The notes under the pieces are model-generated. The model saw only the letters and a program-made list of their open reading frames with translations. It was not told the origin of the DNA and did no database searches. Positions 25,244 through 36,041 of a stretch of DNA of 64,000 nt are shown here, one piece after another. Made by a program: the position numbers and the translations under genes. Position 1 is the first letter of the stretch. Each line of letters opens with the position of its first letter. Origin of the DNA: an uncultured Acidimicrobiaceae bacterium (GTDB lineage: Bacteria; Actinomycetota; Acidimicrobiia; Acidimicrobiales; RAAP-2); assembly GCA_963812965.1 (NCBI GenBank), contig CAWEXG010000004.1:79702-143701 (forward strand), in the 5' to 3' direction.

Positions 25244-25777
25244 ATGGCTGACGACAACCTCTTCTTCGTGCAGGTGGTGGCGCCGGAACGGGTGCTGCTC
25301 GCTGACGAGCACGCGGAGCAGGTCATCATGCGGACGGCCGATGGCGACATCACGTTCCTGAACGGGCACACCCCGCTGGTCGGTGCCGTGGAGCCGTGCG
25401 TGGTCCGGGTGGTGCACGACGGCGGTGACGAGGAGAAGGTCGCCGTGCACGGTGGCTTCGTCCAGGTGGAGCAGCATGCCGATGAGCAGGGCACGGAGCC
25501 TGTCGGCGGGGCCGGTACGACCGTGGCCGCCGGCACCCGCGTCACCGTGCTGGCCAGCGTGGCCGAGCTGGCCGAGGAGATCGATGCCGAGCGGGCACGA
25601 GTCGCTCTCGAGTCTGCCCAGGCCCGGGTGACCGAGCTCACGGCGGCAGCGTCCGGCCGGGGGGGCGGGGCGGACGAGGACGAGACCGATACGGAGCTGG
25701 TCGACGCAGAAGCGGCTGTGCGTCGGGCGGAGGTCAGGCTCGAGGCCACCGGCGCCGGAGCAGGCGTCAACGCCTGA
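25244..25777 (+). CDS. atpC: F0F1 ATP synthase subunit epsilon (extended, 177 aa)
   Basis: N-terminal beta-sandwich (VQVVAPERVL..TFLNGHTPLVG) followed by an enlarged helical, acidic C-terminal region. Confidence 0.85.
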   Translation: MADDNLFFVQVVAPERVLLADEHAEQVIMRTADGDITFLNGHTPLVGAVEPCVVRVVHDGGDEEKVAVHGGFVQVEQHADEQGTEPVGGAGTTVAAGTRVTVLASVAELAEEIDAERARVALESAQARVTELTAAASGRGGGADEDETDTELVDAEAAVRRAEVRLEATGAGAGVNA

Positions 25778-25815
25778 TCACCCGGCCGGTGCGGGGTGCA
25801 CGTGTTGCCTGGGCA

Positions 25816-26811
25816 CTAGTTGAACTCGATGGCGCTGTACTCGCTCAGCTTGTGCAGGGGATGGTGGGCGGAGATGAGCCGGACCGTTCCCGACTTTGAT
25901 CGCATGACCAGTGATTGGGTGATGGCCCCCGCCTCGTTGTAGCGGACACCGTGCAGCAGCTCGCCGTCGGTGATGCCGGTGGCGGCGAAGAAGCAGTTGT
26001 CGCCCCGTACCAGATCGTCGGTGGTGAGGACCTTGTCCAGGTCGTAGCCGGCATCCAGGGCGGCTGAGCGCTCGCTGTCGTCCCTGGGCCACAGGCGCCC
26101 CTGGATCTCGCCGCCCATGCTCTTCAGAGCGGCGGCGGCGATGACCCCTTCGGGGGTGCCGCCCACACCGAAGAGAATGTCGACGCCGGACTCGGGCCAG
26201 GCAGTGGCGATGGCACCGGCCACGTCGCCATCGGTGATCAGGCGGATACGGGCTCCCGCTTCCCTGATCTCGCCGATGATCTCGGTATGTCGGGGGCGAT
26301 CGAGGATCACGGCGGTCACGTCCCGTACCGAGGTTCCCTTGGCCTTGGCCACTGCTTCGAGGTTCTCGGCGACCGGCCGGGTGATGTCGATAGCGCCGAT
26401 GGCGCGCGGTCCGACGGCCAGCTTCTCCATGTAGACGCACGGTCCCGGGTCGAACATGGTGCCCTCTTCGGACATGGCGATGACCGCCAGTGCCCCTCCC
26501 CGGCCCAGAGCAGTGGGCGTCGTCCCGTCGATGGGGTCGACGGCGATGTCGGCCTTCGGGGGCGTGCCGTCACCGATCCGCTCGCCGTTGAAGAGCATGG
26601 GCGCGTTGTCCTTCTCGCCCTCGCCGATGACGACGACACCGTCCATGGCGATGGACGACAGCACGATGCGCATGGCGTTGACGGCGGCGCCATCGGCACC
26701 TTCTTTGTCGCCCCGTCCCATCCAACGGGATGCAGCGAGGGCAGCAGCTTCGGTGACCCGGACGAGCTCCATGGCCAGGTTGCGATCAGGGGCTTGCGAG
26801 GATGAGTTCAC
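25816..26811 (-). CDS. glpX: Class II fructose-1,6-bisphosphatase
   Basis: [44 protein letters not shown] is GlpX. The GTG at 26811 gives a typical 331 aa. The ORF track extends to 26964. Confidence 0.88.
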   Translation of the reverse strand: MNSSSQAPDRNLAMELVRVTEAAALAASRWMGRGDKEGADGAAVNAMRIVLSSIAMDGVVVIGEGEKDNAPMLFNGERIGDGTPPKADIAVDPIDGTTPTALGRGGALAVIAMSEEGTMFDPGPCVYMEKLAVGPRAIGAIDITRPVAENLEAVAKAKGTSVRDVTAVILDRPRHTEIIGEIREAGARIRLITDGDVAGAIATAWPESGVDILFGVGGTPEGVIAAAALKSMGGEIQGRLWPRDDSERSAALDAGYDLDKVLTTDDLVRGDNCFFAATGITDGELLHGVRYNEAGAITQSLVMRSKSGTVRLISAHHPLHKLSEYSAIEFN

Positions 26812-27011
26812 AAGTGTCGACGATAGTTGCTGTACCTCGTGCGGACCGGATCCGTTCCATCGGCTGAGACCGGCTGTGGCCTCCGTCCCAGGTGGATGTG
26901 GGAACAGGGTGCGCTTGCCCGGAAGGAGCCACATTGAGTGGGCAATATAGGGGGGCTCGCCCACGATAGGTAGTCACCCGGTTGCGTTGTTGGGCGGGGC
27001 ATACTGTTTCG

Positions 27012-28307
27012 GTGCCATTGCTGGAGGACCGGTTCGTCGTCTCGTCCAACGGACCACTGTCGGGAACGGTCCGAGCCGGCGGCGCCAAGAACTCGGCGCT
27101 GAAGCTCATGGCGGCGTGCCTGTTGGCGGACGGTCGCCATGTCCTGACCAACGTTCCCCAGATCACCGACGTCGACATCATGGCCGAGGTCCTCACCGCC
27201 ATGGGTGTCACCGTGACCCGGGGCACCACTCCCGACGAGCTGGTGGTGGACACCCCGGTCGACGTGCTGCCCGAGGCGCCGTACGACTTGGTGGAGAAGA
27301 TGCGTGCGTCGGTGGTGGTGCTCGGCCCGTTGCTGGCCCGGCACGGCAGGGCACGGGTGTCGATGCCTGGAGGCGACGACTTCGGGTACCGCCCCATCGA
27401 CATGCACCTCCACGCCCTCGAAGCGTTGGGTGCGGCGTTCGAGTCGTCCCATGGGTATGTCGAGGGAACGGTGGAGAGCACGGTGGCGGGGAGACCTCGG
27501 CTGGTGGGCACCCGAGTGGTCTTGGAGTACCCGAGCCATACCGCCACCGACAACGTGTTGATGGCCGCGGTGCTGGCCAAGGGCACCACCGTCATCGAGA
27601 ACGCCGCCCGTGAGCCCGAGCTGTGCGACCTGGCCGCGTTCCTCAACGCCATGGGGGCCAAGGTCCGTGGTGCCGGCACCTCTCGGATCGAGGTGGAGGG
27701 GGTCGACTGCCTGCATCCCGCCCGTCATCGGGTCGTCGCCGACCGGGTGGTGACCGCCACGTTTCTGGCCGCCGCCGGTCTGGCCGGTGGCGCCGTTGTG
27801 GTGGAGGACGCTCGTATCGACCACATGGACATGCTGGTCCGGAAGCTGACCCAGACGGGGATGCACATCACCCAGGGCCCCGATGGGCTGCGGGCCGAGC
27901 GGGATCCGGCACACCGGCCCCGGGCAGTCGACATCGCCACGCTGCCGTACCCCGGGGTGGCCACGGACTATAAGCCGCTCATGGTGACCTTGCTCACCGT
28001 GGCCGACGGGGTGAGCATCGTGACCGAGAACCTGTTCTCCGGTCGGTTCCGTTATGTCGAGGAGCTCCGGCGCATGGGCGCGGACATCCGCACCGAAGGG
28101 CACCACGCCGTGGTCCGTGGTGTGCCCCGCCTGTCGGGTGCGCCCGTCCGGTCGTCCGATATCCGAGCCGGTGCGGCGTTGGTGCTGGCCGGGTTGGCGG
28201 CCGAGGGGGAGACCTCGGTCTCCGGCGCCCACCACGTGGACCGGGGCTACGAGGACTTCGCCGGCAAGCTGCAGTCGCTCGGCGCCAACGTCGTCCGAGC
28301 CACCTGA
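27012..28307 (+). CDS. murA: UDP-N-acetylglucosamine 1-carboxyvinyltransferase
   Basis: [32 protein letters not shown].. is the MurA fold. This copy has Asp in place of the usual active-site Cys (GGDDFG), as I recall for actinobacterial MurA. The GTG at 27012 is preferred over 26982. Confidence 0.9.
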   Translation: MPLLEDRFVVSSNGPLSGTVRAGGAKNSALKLMAACLLADGRHVLTNVPQITDVDIMAEVLTAMGVTVTRGTTPDELVVDTPVDVLPEAPYDLVEKMRASVVVLGPLLARHGRARVSMPGGDDFGYRPIDMHLHALEALGAAFESSHGYVEGTVESTVAGRPRLVGTRVVLEYPSHTATDNVLMAAVLAKGTTVIENAAREPELCDLAAFLNAMGAKVRGAGTSRIEVEGVDCLHPARHRVVADRVVTATFLAAAGLAGGAVVVEDARIDHMDMLVRKLTQTGMHITQGPDGLRAERDPAHRPRAVDIATLPYPGVATDYKPLMVTLLTVADGVSIVTENLFSGRFRYVEELRRMGADIRTEGHHAVVRGVPRLSGAPVRSSDIRAGAALVLAGLAAEGETSVSGAHHVDRGYEDFAGKLQSLGANVVRAT

Positions 28308-28357
28308 TCCCACAGGCTGGCGAGCCGGTCCCCGACCCCGGATACGCTTCGAACCCG

Positions 28358-29392
28358 ATGCGAAACCACCGCTCTGCCGATCCCGCCACGCTGTTCGACG
28401 CCGCGTGCGCCGGGGACCGTGCGGCGCTGGCCCGCCTCCTCTCGTTTGTCGAGCGGGGAGGGGAGCAGTCCCGCAACGTTGCCCGCCTGGTCTATCGAAC
28501 GCCCGGGCAGGCCTACACGGTGGGGATGACCGGTGCACCCGGGTCCGGGAAGTCGACCTTGACCGATCGCCTGGTCGCCGCTGCTCGTCAGGACGGGCTT
28601 CGTGGCAGCTCCCTGCAGCCTGCAGGCCCTGATCAGGTCGCAGTCCTGGCCATCGATCCCTCGTCTCCGTTCACCGGTGGCGCCATACTCGGGGACAGGG
28701 TTCGCATGCAGGGCCACGCCCTCGACGACGGCGTCTACATCCGCTCCATGGCTACCCGGGGCCACCTCGGCGGGCTGGCGTTGGCTGTGCCCGACGCTGT
28801 TCGGGTCCTGTCCGCCGTGGGTCTACCCCTCGTGTTGGTGGAGACGGTCGGAGTCGGCCAGGTCGAGGTGGAGGTGGCGTCGGCCACCGACACCACCGTG
28901 GTGGTGGTGAACCCCGGTTGGGGTGACACCATCCAGGCCAACAAGGCCGGTCTGCTGGAGATCGCCGACCTGTTCGTCATCAACAAGGCAGATCGGCCCG
29001 GTGCCAAGGAGACCCGCCATGACCTCGAGGGCATGCTCGACCTCACCGAGCTGGGCGAGTGGCGGCCGCCCATCGTCGATACCGTCGCCTCTACCGGTGA
29101 CGGTATCGAGGAGCTGTGGTCGGCAATTGCCGACCACCGGACCTACCTGGTCGACAACGACCTTCTGGACACCCTCCGGCGTGAGCGGCTGGAGCGGGAG
29201 CTCCACCAGGTCTTGGTGGCGCGGGTTGCAGAGCAGGTCGAGGCGTTGCGGGAAGCATCCGGGTATTCCGCCGTGATCGAGGCGCTGGCTGCCGGCGAGC
29301 TCGATCCCTACGAGGCCAGTGATCGGCTCCTGACCGGTAGTGGCTTGCCGGTTCTTAACGAAGAGCTGTCACGGGGACAGGACCCGTCATAG
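28358..29392 (+). CDS. meaB: Methylmalonyl-CoA mutase-associated GTPase (MeaB/ArgK family)
   Basis: 344-aa ORF with P-loop GAPGSGKSTL, then ETVGVGQ and NKADR. Confidence 0.85.
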   Translation: MRNHRSADPATLFDAACAGDRAALARLLSFVERGGEQSRNVARLVYRTPGQAYTVGMTGAPGSGKSTLTDRLVAAARQDGLRGSSLQPAGPDQVAVLAIDPSSPFTGGAILGDRVRMQGHALDDGVYIRSMATRGHLGGLALAVPDAVRVLSAVGLPLVLVETVGVGQVEVEVASATDTTVVVVNPGWGDTIQANKAGLLEIADLFVINKADRPGAKETRHDLEGMLDLTELGEWRPPIVDTVASTGDGIEELWSAIADHRTYLVDNDLLDTLRRERLERELHQVLVARVAEQVEALREASGYSAVIEALAAGELDPYEASDRLLTGSGLPVLNEELSRGQDPS

Positions 29393-29434
29393 GGAGAGCG
29401 GTAGATCACACCGTACCGTGGGCTACCGTGCGGT

Positions 29435-30257
29435 GTGGCTCCTGACACAACTGCCGACGCAGCTCGTGAACCCGCTTCGAGCACCGACGCGTTCGTCTCT
29501 CTCGAACGCCGGGACGACGGTGTCGCCCTGGTCCGTCTCGACCGTCCGAAGGCGAACGCCCTCTCGGCCGAGCTGCTCACCCAGCTGCGTGCCGTAGTCG
29601 ACGAGCTGGCCTCCGACCTTGCCTGGCGCCGTGGTCGTGTGGGGCGGCCCCCGTATCTTCGCCGCCGGTGCCGACGTCTCCGAGTTCGCCGCTCCCGGTG
29701 CCGCCGGAGGAGTTGCCGACCGTTTCCGTGCCGTTGGTGATGCACTGGCAGCGTTACCCCGGCTGGTCGTCGCTGCCGTGAACGGGTACGCCTTGGGCGG
29801 CGGGTGTGAGCTGGCGCTGGCTTGCGACCTGCGGGTAGCGGCAGACAACGCCACGTTCGGCCAGCCCGAGGTGCTGCTCGGCATCGTCCCCGGCGGTGGC
29901 GGCACCCAACGCCTGGCCCGGTTGGTCGGTCCGTCACGGGCCAAGGATCTGGTGCTCACCGGTCGCCAGGTCCGGGCGGAGGAGGCGTTGGCCATGGGGT
30001 TGGTCGACCGGGTGGTCCCCCGGGATGCGGTACTCACCGAGGCCCTGGCCATCGCTGCTGCCGTGGCCGGTGGGGCCGTAGCTGCCCAGGCGTTGGCCAA
30101 GCAGGCCATCGACGGCGGACTGGACACCTCGCTGGCTCACGGTCTCGACGGCGAGAAGGCAGCGTTCGTGGCGTCGTTCGAGACGGAGGACGCCACCATC
30201 GGCATCGAGTCGTTCCTCGCCAACGGTCCCGGTCAGGCGCGTTTCACTGGGCGATGA
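29435..30257 (+). pseudogene. Enoyl-CoA hydratase/isomerase (crotonase family), one frame break as assembled
   Basis: The N-terminus (LDRPKANALSAELLTQL) is in ORF 29435... After a shift near 29620 the rest is in ORF 29619..30257 (FAAGADVSEF..NGYALGGGCELALACD..LLGIVPGGGGTQRL). Confidence 0.85.
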
Positions 30258-30261
30258 AGGG

Positions 30262-32153
30262 ATGAGCGAGCCCGTCCTGTCCACGTCCGGTTCGACCGGC
30301 TCTCTCTCTGTGCCCCGCTCTGCCGCACCCGGTTCTGCCATGCCGAACCCCACCGATCCAGACCCCACCGGTCCTACTGCGGAGCAGCTCATCCAGCAGC
30401 CAGTGGCTGCGACCGTGCCCACACCGGCAGGAGAACCCCTGCCACCACCGGAGCAGGATCCGCGCTGGTTTCAGCGAGCGGTCTTCTACGAGGTGCTCAT
30501 CCGGGGCTTCTTCGACGGGAACGACGACGGCACCGGCGATCTGCCCGGCCTCATCGCCAAGCTCGACTATCTCCAGTGGCTCGGTGTCGACTGCCTGTGG
30601 CTCCTTCCTTTCTACCCTTCGCCCCTTCCGCGACGGTGGCTACGACATCAGCGACTACTTCACGGTGCACCCCGACTACGGCACGGTGGAGGACCTGCGG
30701 ACGCTGTTGCGGGAGGCCCACGCTCGTGGCATCCGGGTCATCGCCGATCTGGTCATCAACCACACCAGCGACCAGCATCCGTGGTTCATCGAGTCCCGTC
30801 AGAGCCGAGACAATCCCAAGGCCGACTGGTACGTCTGGAACGACGACGACCAACGGTGGCCCGAGGCCCGTATCGTCTTCGTCGACGTCGAGCGGTCCAA
30901 CTGGGCCTACGACCCGGTGCGTGAGCAGTACTACTGGCATCGCTTCTACTACACACCAGCCGGATCTCAACTACGAGAACCCCGAGGTGGCCGACGCCAT
31001 TCTCGACGTGGTCCGGTTCTGGCTCGATATAGGGCTCGACGGCTTCCGACTCGATGCGGTGCCTTTCCTCTACCAAGAGGACGGGACCGCAGGGGAGAAC
31101 CTGCCAGCCACCCACGCGTTCATCCGGAGGGTTCGATCCGAGCTCGACATCAAGTACCCCGGGCGGATCCTCCTGGCCGAGGCCAATGGGTGGCCGGCCG
31201 ACGTGGCCGACTACTTCGGTGACGACGACGAGTGCCATCTCTGCTTCCACTTCCCGTTGATGCCGCGGTTGTTCATGGCCGTTCGGCGTGAGCAGCGGTA
31301 CCCGATCACCGAGATCCTGGCGCAGACGCCAGCGGCTCCGCCCGGTGGCCAGTGGGCCATCTTCCTCCGCAACCACGACGAGCTCACCCTGGAGATGGTG
31401 TCCGACGAGGACCGGGACTACCTGTTCGCGGAGTACGCCAAGGACCCTCGTATGAAGCGGCACATGGGCATCGGCCGGCGGTTGGCCCCGTTGATCGACC
31501 GTGACCGCCGGTTGGCCGAGCTGCTCTACGCGTTGCTGCTGTCCCTGCCCGGAAGTCCCGTCCTCTACTACGGGGACGAGATGCAGATGGGCGACAACCT
31601 CTATCTAGGGGATCGGGACTCGGTCCGGACTCCGATGCAGTGGACGCCCGACCGGAACGGTGGTTTCAGCCGTGCCGACTTCGCCCAGCTGTACCTGCCC
31701 CCGCTCATGGACCCGGTCTACGGGTTCCAGGCGGTGAACGTGGAGGCCCAGCAGCGCAACCCGAGCTCGTTCCTGCACTGGATCCGACGCATGCTGGGTG
31801 TCCGTCGTGACTTCCCTGTGTTCGGGACGGGTGAGTTCGAGGTCCTGCCCTGCTCCAACCCGTCCGTGTTGGCGTTCGTCCGTATCGAGCAGGCGACCGA
31901 CGGAAATCCCGTGCTGTGCATCCACAACTTGAGCCGGTTCGCCCAGCCGGCCGAGCTCTACATGGGACGCTGGCACGGTCTCCAGCCGGTGGAGCTGTTG
32001 GGCCGGGTACCGTTTCCCCTGGTGGGCATCGATCCGTATCCGGTCACACTCGCACCCTACGGCTACCAGTGGTTCGAGCTGGTGGAGCCGGTGGTGTCGC
32101 TGACCGGGGAGCTGTCGCTCGTGGTGGACGCTTCTGTCGAGGCACTGTCGTGA
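30262..32153 (+). pseudogene. treS: Trehalose synthase (maltose alpha-D-glucosyltransferase), frame broken twice as assembled
   Basis: GH13 motifs are spread over three frames: [27 protein letters not shown] | [27 protein letters not shown] | GFRLDAVPFL..LLAEANGWP..FLRNHDELTLE. Shifts are near 30625 and 30955. Confidence 0.9.
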
Positions 32154-33487
32154 ACGTCTTCGAGGCACCCGACACCGAGCTGCCACCGGCGTCGAACCAG
32201 GCGCGCTGGCCGAGCTGGTGGTCGCGTTCGTCTACCGCCAATCGGGGTGGATGGGCACCGCTGGGCAGGCAGTGGTCGAACCTCGAGCCGTCGTCGGTGT
32301 CGATCGCGCAGTGCCGACGTGATCCGTTCCGGGCGCCCCGGTCTGATCTCGGTGGTGTCCGAAGTGGTCGGCATGGTCGTGCACGTCGTGTTGGGACTGC
32401 GGGCTCCCGGGGACGACGTCCAGTTCCTGGCCGACGCCGACGACGCCCCGCTCGGTCTGCTCGAGGACGAGCACGGGATGGCCGTGGTCTTCGACGCCCT
32501 CTCCGACGCCGAGCTGGCCCTGCTGCTACTGGGCACGGTGGCCGAGGACCAGGGCGAGCTGCAGCGGGTGCGCCGTGGATCGGTCACCGCCGACTCGCTC
32601 ACGCTGACCTTCGACGACCGCCTGTCGTTCACCGTCTTCCAGCAGCTCCCCGTGGAACCGGGACCGCACACCGGGCTCGAGCTTCGTCGTTGCCCTCGAC
32701 GAGGTGGGGTTCAACCATGTGCCCGCCCCCTGTGCCTTATGGCGTCGGGACGGGAGGGATCTCGGCATCGTTCAGGAGTACCAGGCCGGTGGCACCGGCG
32801 GGTGGGCCCTGGCCCTGACGTCGCTCCGTGATCTGTACGCCTCGGGTACATCGCCCGAGCACGCCGGGGGGGACTTCGCCACCGAGGCTCGACATCTCGG
32901 CACCATGACGGCGCGCATGCATCTCGCTCTCGACCAGGCCTTCGGTCACCGGCCGGGCAACGTCGCCACGTGGGCTACGTCGATCGAGGAGGTGGTCCGT
33001 TCTGCCGACCCTGCGCTGCTCGACGACGATGGCGTTGCCGACCTGCTCGCCGACCTCCGGCTCCTGTCCCGCCAACAGCGCTGCGATCAGGACCCACGGG
33101 GACTTTCATCTGGGTCGGGTGGCCCGAACGGACGAGGGGTGGTTCGTCGCTGACTTCTCGCCTGGGGGGACCTTAGGACCAACGGTCGCTTCCCTGTCGT
33201 CTGCCGATCCGGTCTTTCGCTCCCCGCTGGCCGACGTGGCCGACATGTTGTGGTCCTTCCACCACGTCGCCGACGTGGCAGCCATCGAACGCGATCCGGC
33301 TGGTCGTCTGCAGCTGTCCGAGCTGGCCATGGCCTGGGAGGTCCGGAACCGGTGGGCGTTCCTGATGAGCTACTTGGCGACGCCGGGGATCGATGCACTG
33401 GTGCCTCCGGTCCATGACGTGGTGCGCAACCTGACGGCAGCGTTCGAGCTCGAGCGTTCGGCTACCAGGCAGACACTGCGTACCTGA
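32150..33487 (+). pseudogene. pep2: Maltokinase (Pep2/Mak), frame broken at least 4 times as assembled
   Basis: A GTGA overlap joins it to the treS stop. Fragments include LGIVQEYQAGGTGGWALALTSLRDLY and the kinase core IRTHGDFHLGRVARTDEGWFVADF..RSPLADVADMLWSF. Shifts are near 32200, 32330, 32690 and 33085. Confidence 0.8.
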
Positions 33488-33500
33488 CCCTGCGCTGGTG

Positions 33501-33523
33501 CCGATCACTGCTTCAGTGATCGG
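33501..33523. terminator. Perfect 10-bp inverted repeat (CCGATCACTG ctt CAGTGATCGG) between convergent pep2 and galT
   Basis: Read directly. The position fits a bidirectional terminator. There is no U-tract. Confidence 0.4.
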
Positions 33524-33591
33524 GTCGGTATCTCGGGAGTGACCTAGTCGGTATCTCGGGGCTCTACGTCGGCCCCAGGGGACGCCTGTTC

Positions 33592-34584
33592 CTAGCCCAC
33601 GTCGGCGACGGGAAACGGCACAGCCAGCTGCTCGGCGGCCTGCTCGGGATTGACGATGTTGATCAGCACACCGGTCCCCAGCTCGAACCCGGCCACGGTG
33701 GTCAGCTTCGGTGCCACGTGGACGTGCCAGTGATAGGGCTCGGGGGCCCGGTAGGGAGCAGAGTGGAAGACCAGGTTGTAGGCCACGTCACCGACCACGT
33801 CACGGAGACGACCGAGCACCGTTCGAAGTGCACGTCCCACGGCGACCAGGTCGGCCGGCGGGCTGTGGTGGAGGTGAGGACCGTGGGCCCGGGGGATCAC
33901 CAGCATCTCGTACGGGGTCCCGCTCCAGAACGGGCAGATCACCAGGACTCGTTCGTCGGCATAGACCACCCGGTAGCCGACGTCCTCTTCGGCATCGACA
34001 GTGGTGCACAGCAGACACCGCCCGGCGAACCGGGCGAACCCGGCCTGCTCCTCCACCAGCTCTCGGGGGACGAAGGACATGCCGAGCAGCTGGCCGTGGG
34101 GGTGCTCGATCGAAGCGCCCGCCTCTCGACCGGCGTTGACGATGGCCTGGCTGTAGCGCAGCCCGGGGATATGGGAGTGCTCCTCGATGCGGTCCCGGAT
34201 GGCGGCCATGACCAGCCCGGTCTGGTTCTCGCTCAGCATCGACCACGAGTCCTGATGGTCGGGGGAGAGGACCAGGACCTCGTGGATACCGCCTGCCGTG
34301 GCCTGGGTGAAGATCGGGCCCCGGTTGGTCACCACGAACGGCTCGTCGCCCTCGAACGCCGGGTAGAGGTTGGGAACGACCCGGACCCGCCAACCGCCTT
34401 CGGGGCCGTAGGTCTCCAGGGCCGGGGGGTTGGACTCTTCGTTGCCAGGGCAGAAGGGACACGGTCGACTGGTGTCGGCCTGGATCGGGACGAGCCGGGG
34501 GGAGAATGCCCTGGGGCGCTGTGCTCGGTCGGTGCTCACGACTACCCACCGTCCGGTCATGGGATCGAGACGGAGTTGGTTCAT
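33592..34584 (-). CDS. galT: Galactose-1-phosphate uridylyltransferase
   Basis: RLDPMTGRWVV, zinc site CPFCPGNE, active site HPHGQL. The ATG at 34584 is preferred; the ORF track starts at 34647. Confidence 0.88.
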   Translation of the reverse strand: MNQLRLDPMTGRWVVVSTDRAQRPRAFSPRLVPIQADTSRPCPFCPGNEESNPPALETYGPEGGWRVRVVPNLYPAFEGDEPFVVTNRGPIFTQATAGGIHEVLVLSPDHQDSWSMLSENQTGLVMAAIRDRIEEHSHIPGLRYSQAIVNAGREAGASIEHPHGQLLGMSFVPRELVEEQAGFARFAGRCLLCTTVDAEEDVGYRVVYADERVLVICPFWSGTPYEMLVIPRAHGPHLHHSPPADLVAVGRALRTVLGRLRDVVGDVAYNLVFHSAPYRAPEPYHWHVHVAPKLTTVAGFELGTGVLINIVNPEQAAEQLAVPFPVADVG

Positions 34585-34758
34585 GTCGGAGGGGTGATTC
34601 CGGTAGGCCTGACTGCAGGCAGAGTGTCCATGGGCAATCCGTGACATGTGCTAGTAGTTCGATGTTCTTCTGTAAACGTAGCAACGGAGAACCCTCCGTT
34701 GTATTCATGGGTGTGCCCGAAGCCACGATCGGTGGTCGGCAGCGCGAGAATCCCCCGC

Positions 34759-35256
34759 ATGGAACCCGCAGCCACCCTCCTCGCAGCGTCCTCCACGACC
34801 GGTCCGGCCTACGACATCGTGCTGCTGGTTCATATCCTGACAGCTTTCATCGGCTTCGGCGCCGTAGCTGCCGCCGGCGTCAACGCGCTGCTGCTCCGGC
34901 GGTCCGGGACCCCGTCGGACACGGTGCTTCGCTACTACCGGCCGGGCACCAACTGGGCCGGCCGGGTCCTCTTCGCTGTACCGGTGCTGGGCGTGGTGTT
35001 GGTCGAGATGAGCCATGGGTCCTTCGGGTACGGCGATAGCTGGATCATGATCGGCCTCATCCTGTGGGTGGTGGCGGCGATGGCCAGCGAGATGGTGCTG
35101 TGGCCGGCGGAACGTCAGCTGCAGCGCTTGGTCGCCGATCAGGCTGGGGACGACGATCGCCGGCGTTCCATCACCCTGCAGGTAGCGGCGACCTCGGGCG
35201 TCCTGATGGTGGTGTTCGTGGTGGCCATGGTGGTCATGATCGGCAGGCCCCACTGA
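34759..35256 (+). CDS. Integral membrane protein, unknown function (4 predicted TM helices)
   Basis: Hydrophobic ORF, with MEPAATLL at 34759 as the likely start. I recognise no family motif. Confidence 0.55.
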   Translation: MEPAATLLAASSTTGPAYDIVLLVHILTAFIGFGAVAAAGVNALLLRRSGTPSDTVLRYYRPGTNWAGRVLFAVPVLGVVLVEMSHGSFGYGDSWIMIGLILWVVAAMASEMVLWPAERQLQRLVADQAGDDDRRRSITLQVAATSGVLMVVFVVAMVVMIGRPH

Positions 35257-35359
35257 AAGACTCGGTGGAGAGGCAGTCCAGGCTCACCGTTGAGGGGTCG
35301 GTACGACGCTTGCTGTCGTGGGCGCGTCAGTGCCGTCCGGACTACGCAGGTGTGAACCT

Positions 35360-36028
35360 TTAGGTGGAAGAGGACGCCTCGATCGAGGTTCGGAGCAGTT
35401 GGCGGGCATCGTCGATGCGGCCGGCCCGGACCAGATCGGTGACGGGGCCGGAGAGGATGGCCGACCAGTCGACGGTCTCGGTGGACCGCCCCTCTGCCTG
35501 GACCCATCGGCGGGCCTGAGAGAGCAGGGCGGCCAGGATCCCGGCCTCGTCGCCGATGGCAGCGGCCACCTGATCACGGAGCCAGCCGGCCAACGCCGGG
35601 CTGGCGCCTCCGGTGGAGACGGCCACGGTGACGTCGCCACTCCGGTGTATGGCCGGTAGCAGGAACGTGCAGTTGGCGACGTCGTCGGCGCTGTTCACCC
35701 ACACCCCGGCAGCGTCGGCGTCGCCGGCCACGGTGTGATCGACCTCGGGATCGCCGGTGGCGGTGACCACCAGCCGGTAGCCGCCTGCCTCACCCGGCTC
35801 GTACCGCCGTTCGTGAAGGACCAGCGACCCGGCACCCGGCTCCTCGGCGGTATGCCGAGCGAGCAGGCGGAGCGGATCGACGATGTCCGGGGCCACGACG
35901 ACGACGTCCGCTCGGCAGCGGAGCAGCCCTTCGACCTTCCGGGTGGCGATCGGCCCGCCTCCCACCACCAGACAACGCCGTCCGCCCACCGACAGGGCGA
36001 CCGGGTACAGCGGTGCGTCGTGGGACAC
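35360..36028 (-). CDS. Precorrin-2 dehydrogenase / sirohydrochlorin ferrochelatase (siroheme synthase N-terminal-type, SirC/Met8-like)
   Basis: 222-aa ORF with Rossmann motif CLVVGGGPIATRKVEGLL and length typical of the CysG N-domain. It lies downstream of cysDN. Confidence 0.75.
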   Translation of the reverse strand: MSHDAPLYPVALSVGGRRCLVVGGGPIATRKVEGLLRCRADVVVVAPDIVDPLRLLARHTAEEPGAGSLVLHERRYEPGEAGGYRLVVTATGDPEVDHTVAGDADAAGVWVNSADDVANCTFLLPAIHRSGDVTVAVSTGGASPALAGWLRDQVAAAIGDEAGILAALLSQARRWVQAEGRSTETVDWSAILSGPVTDLVRAGRIDDARQLLRTSIEASSST

Positions 36029-36041
36029 CGGTTGGCTGTCC

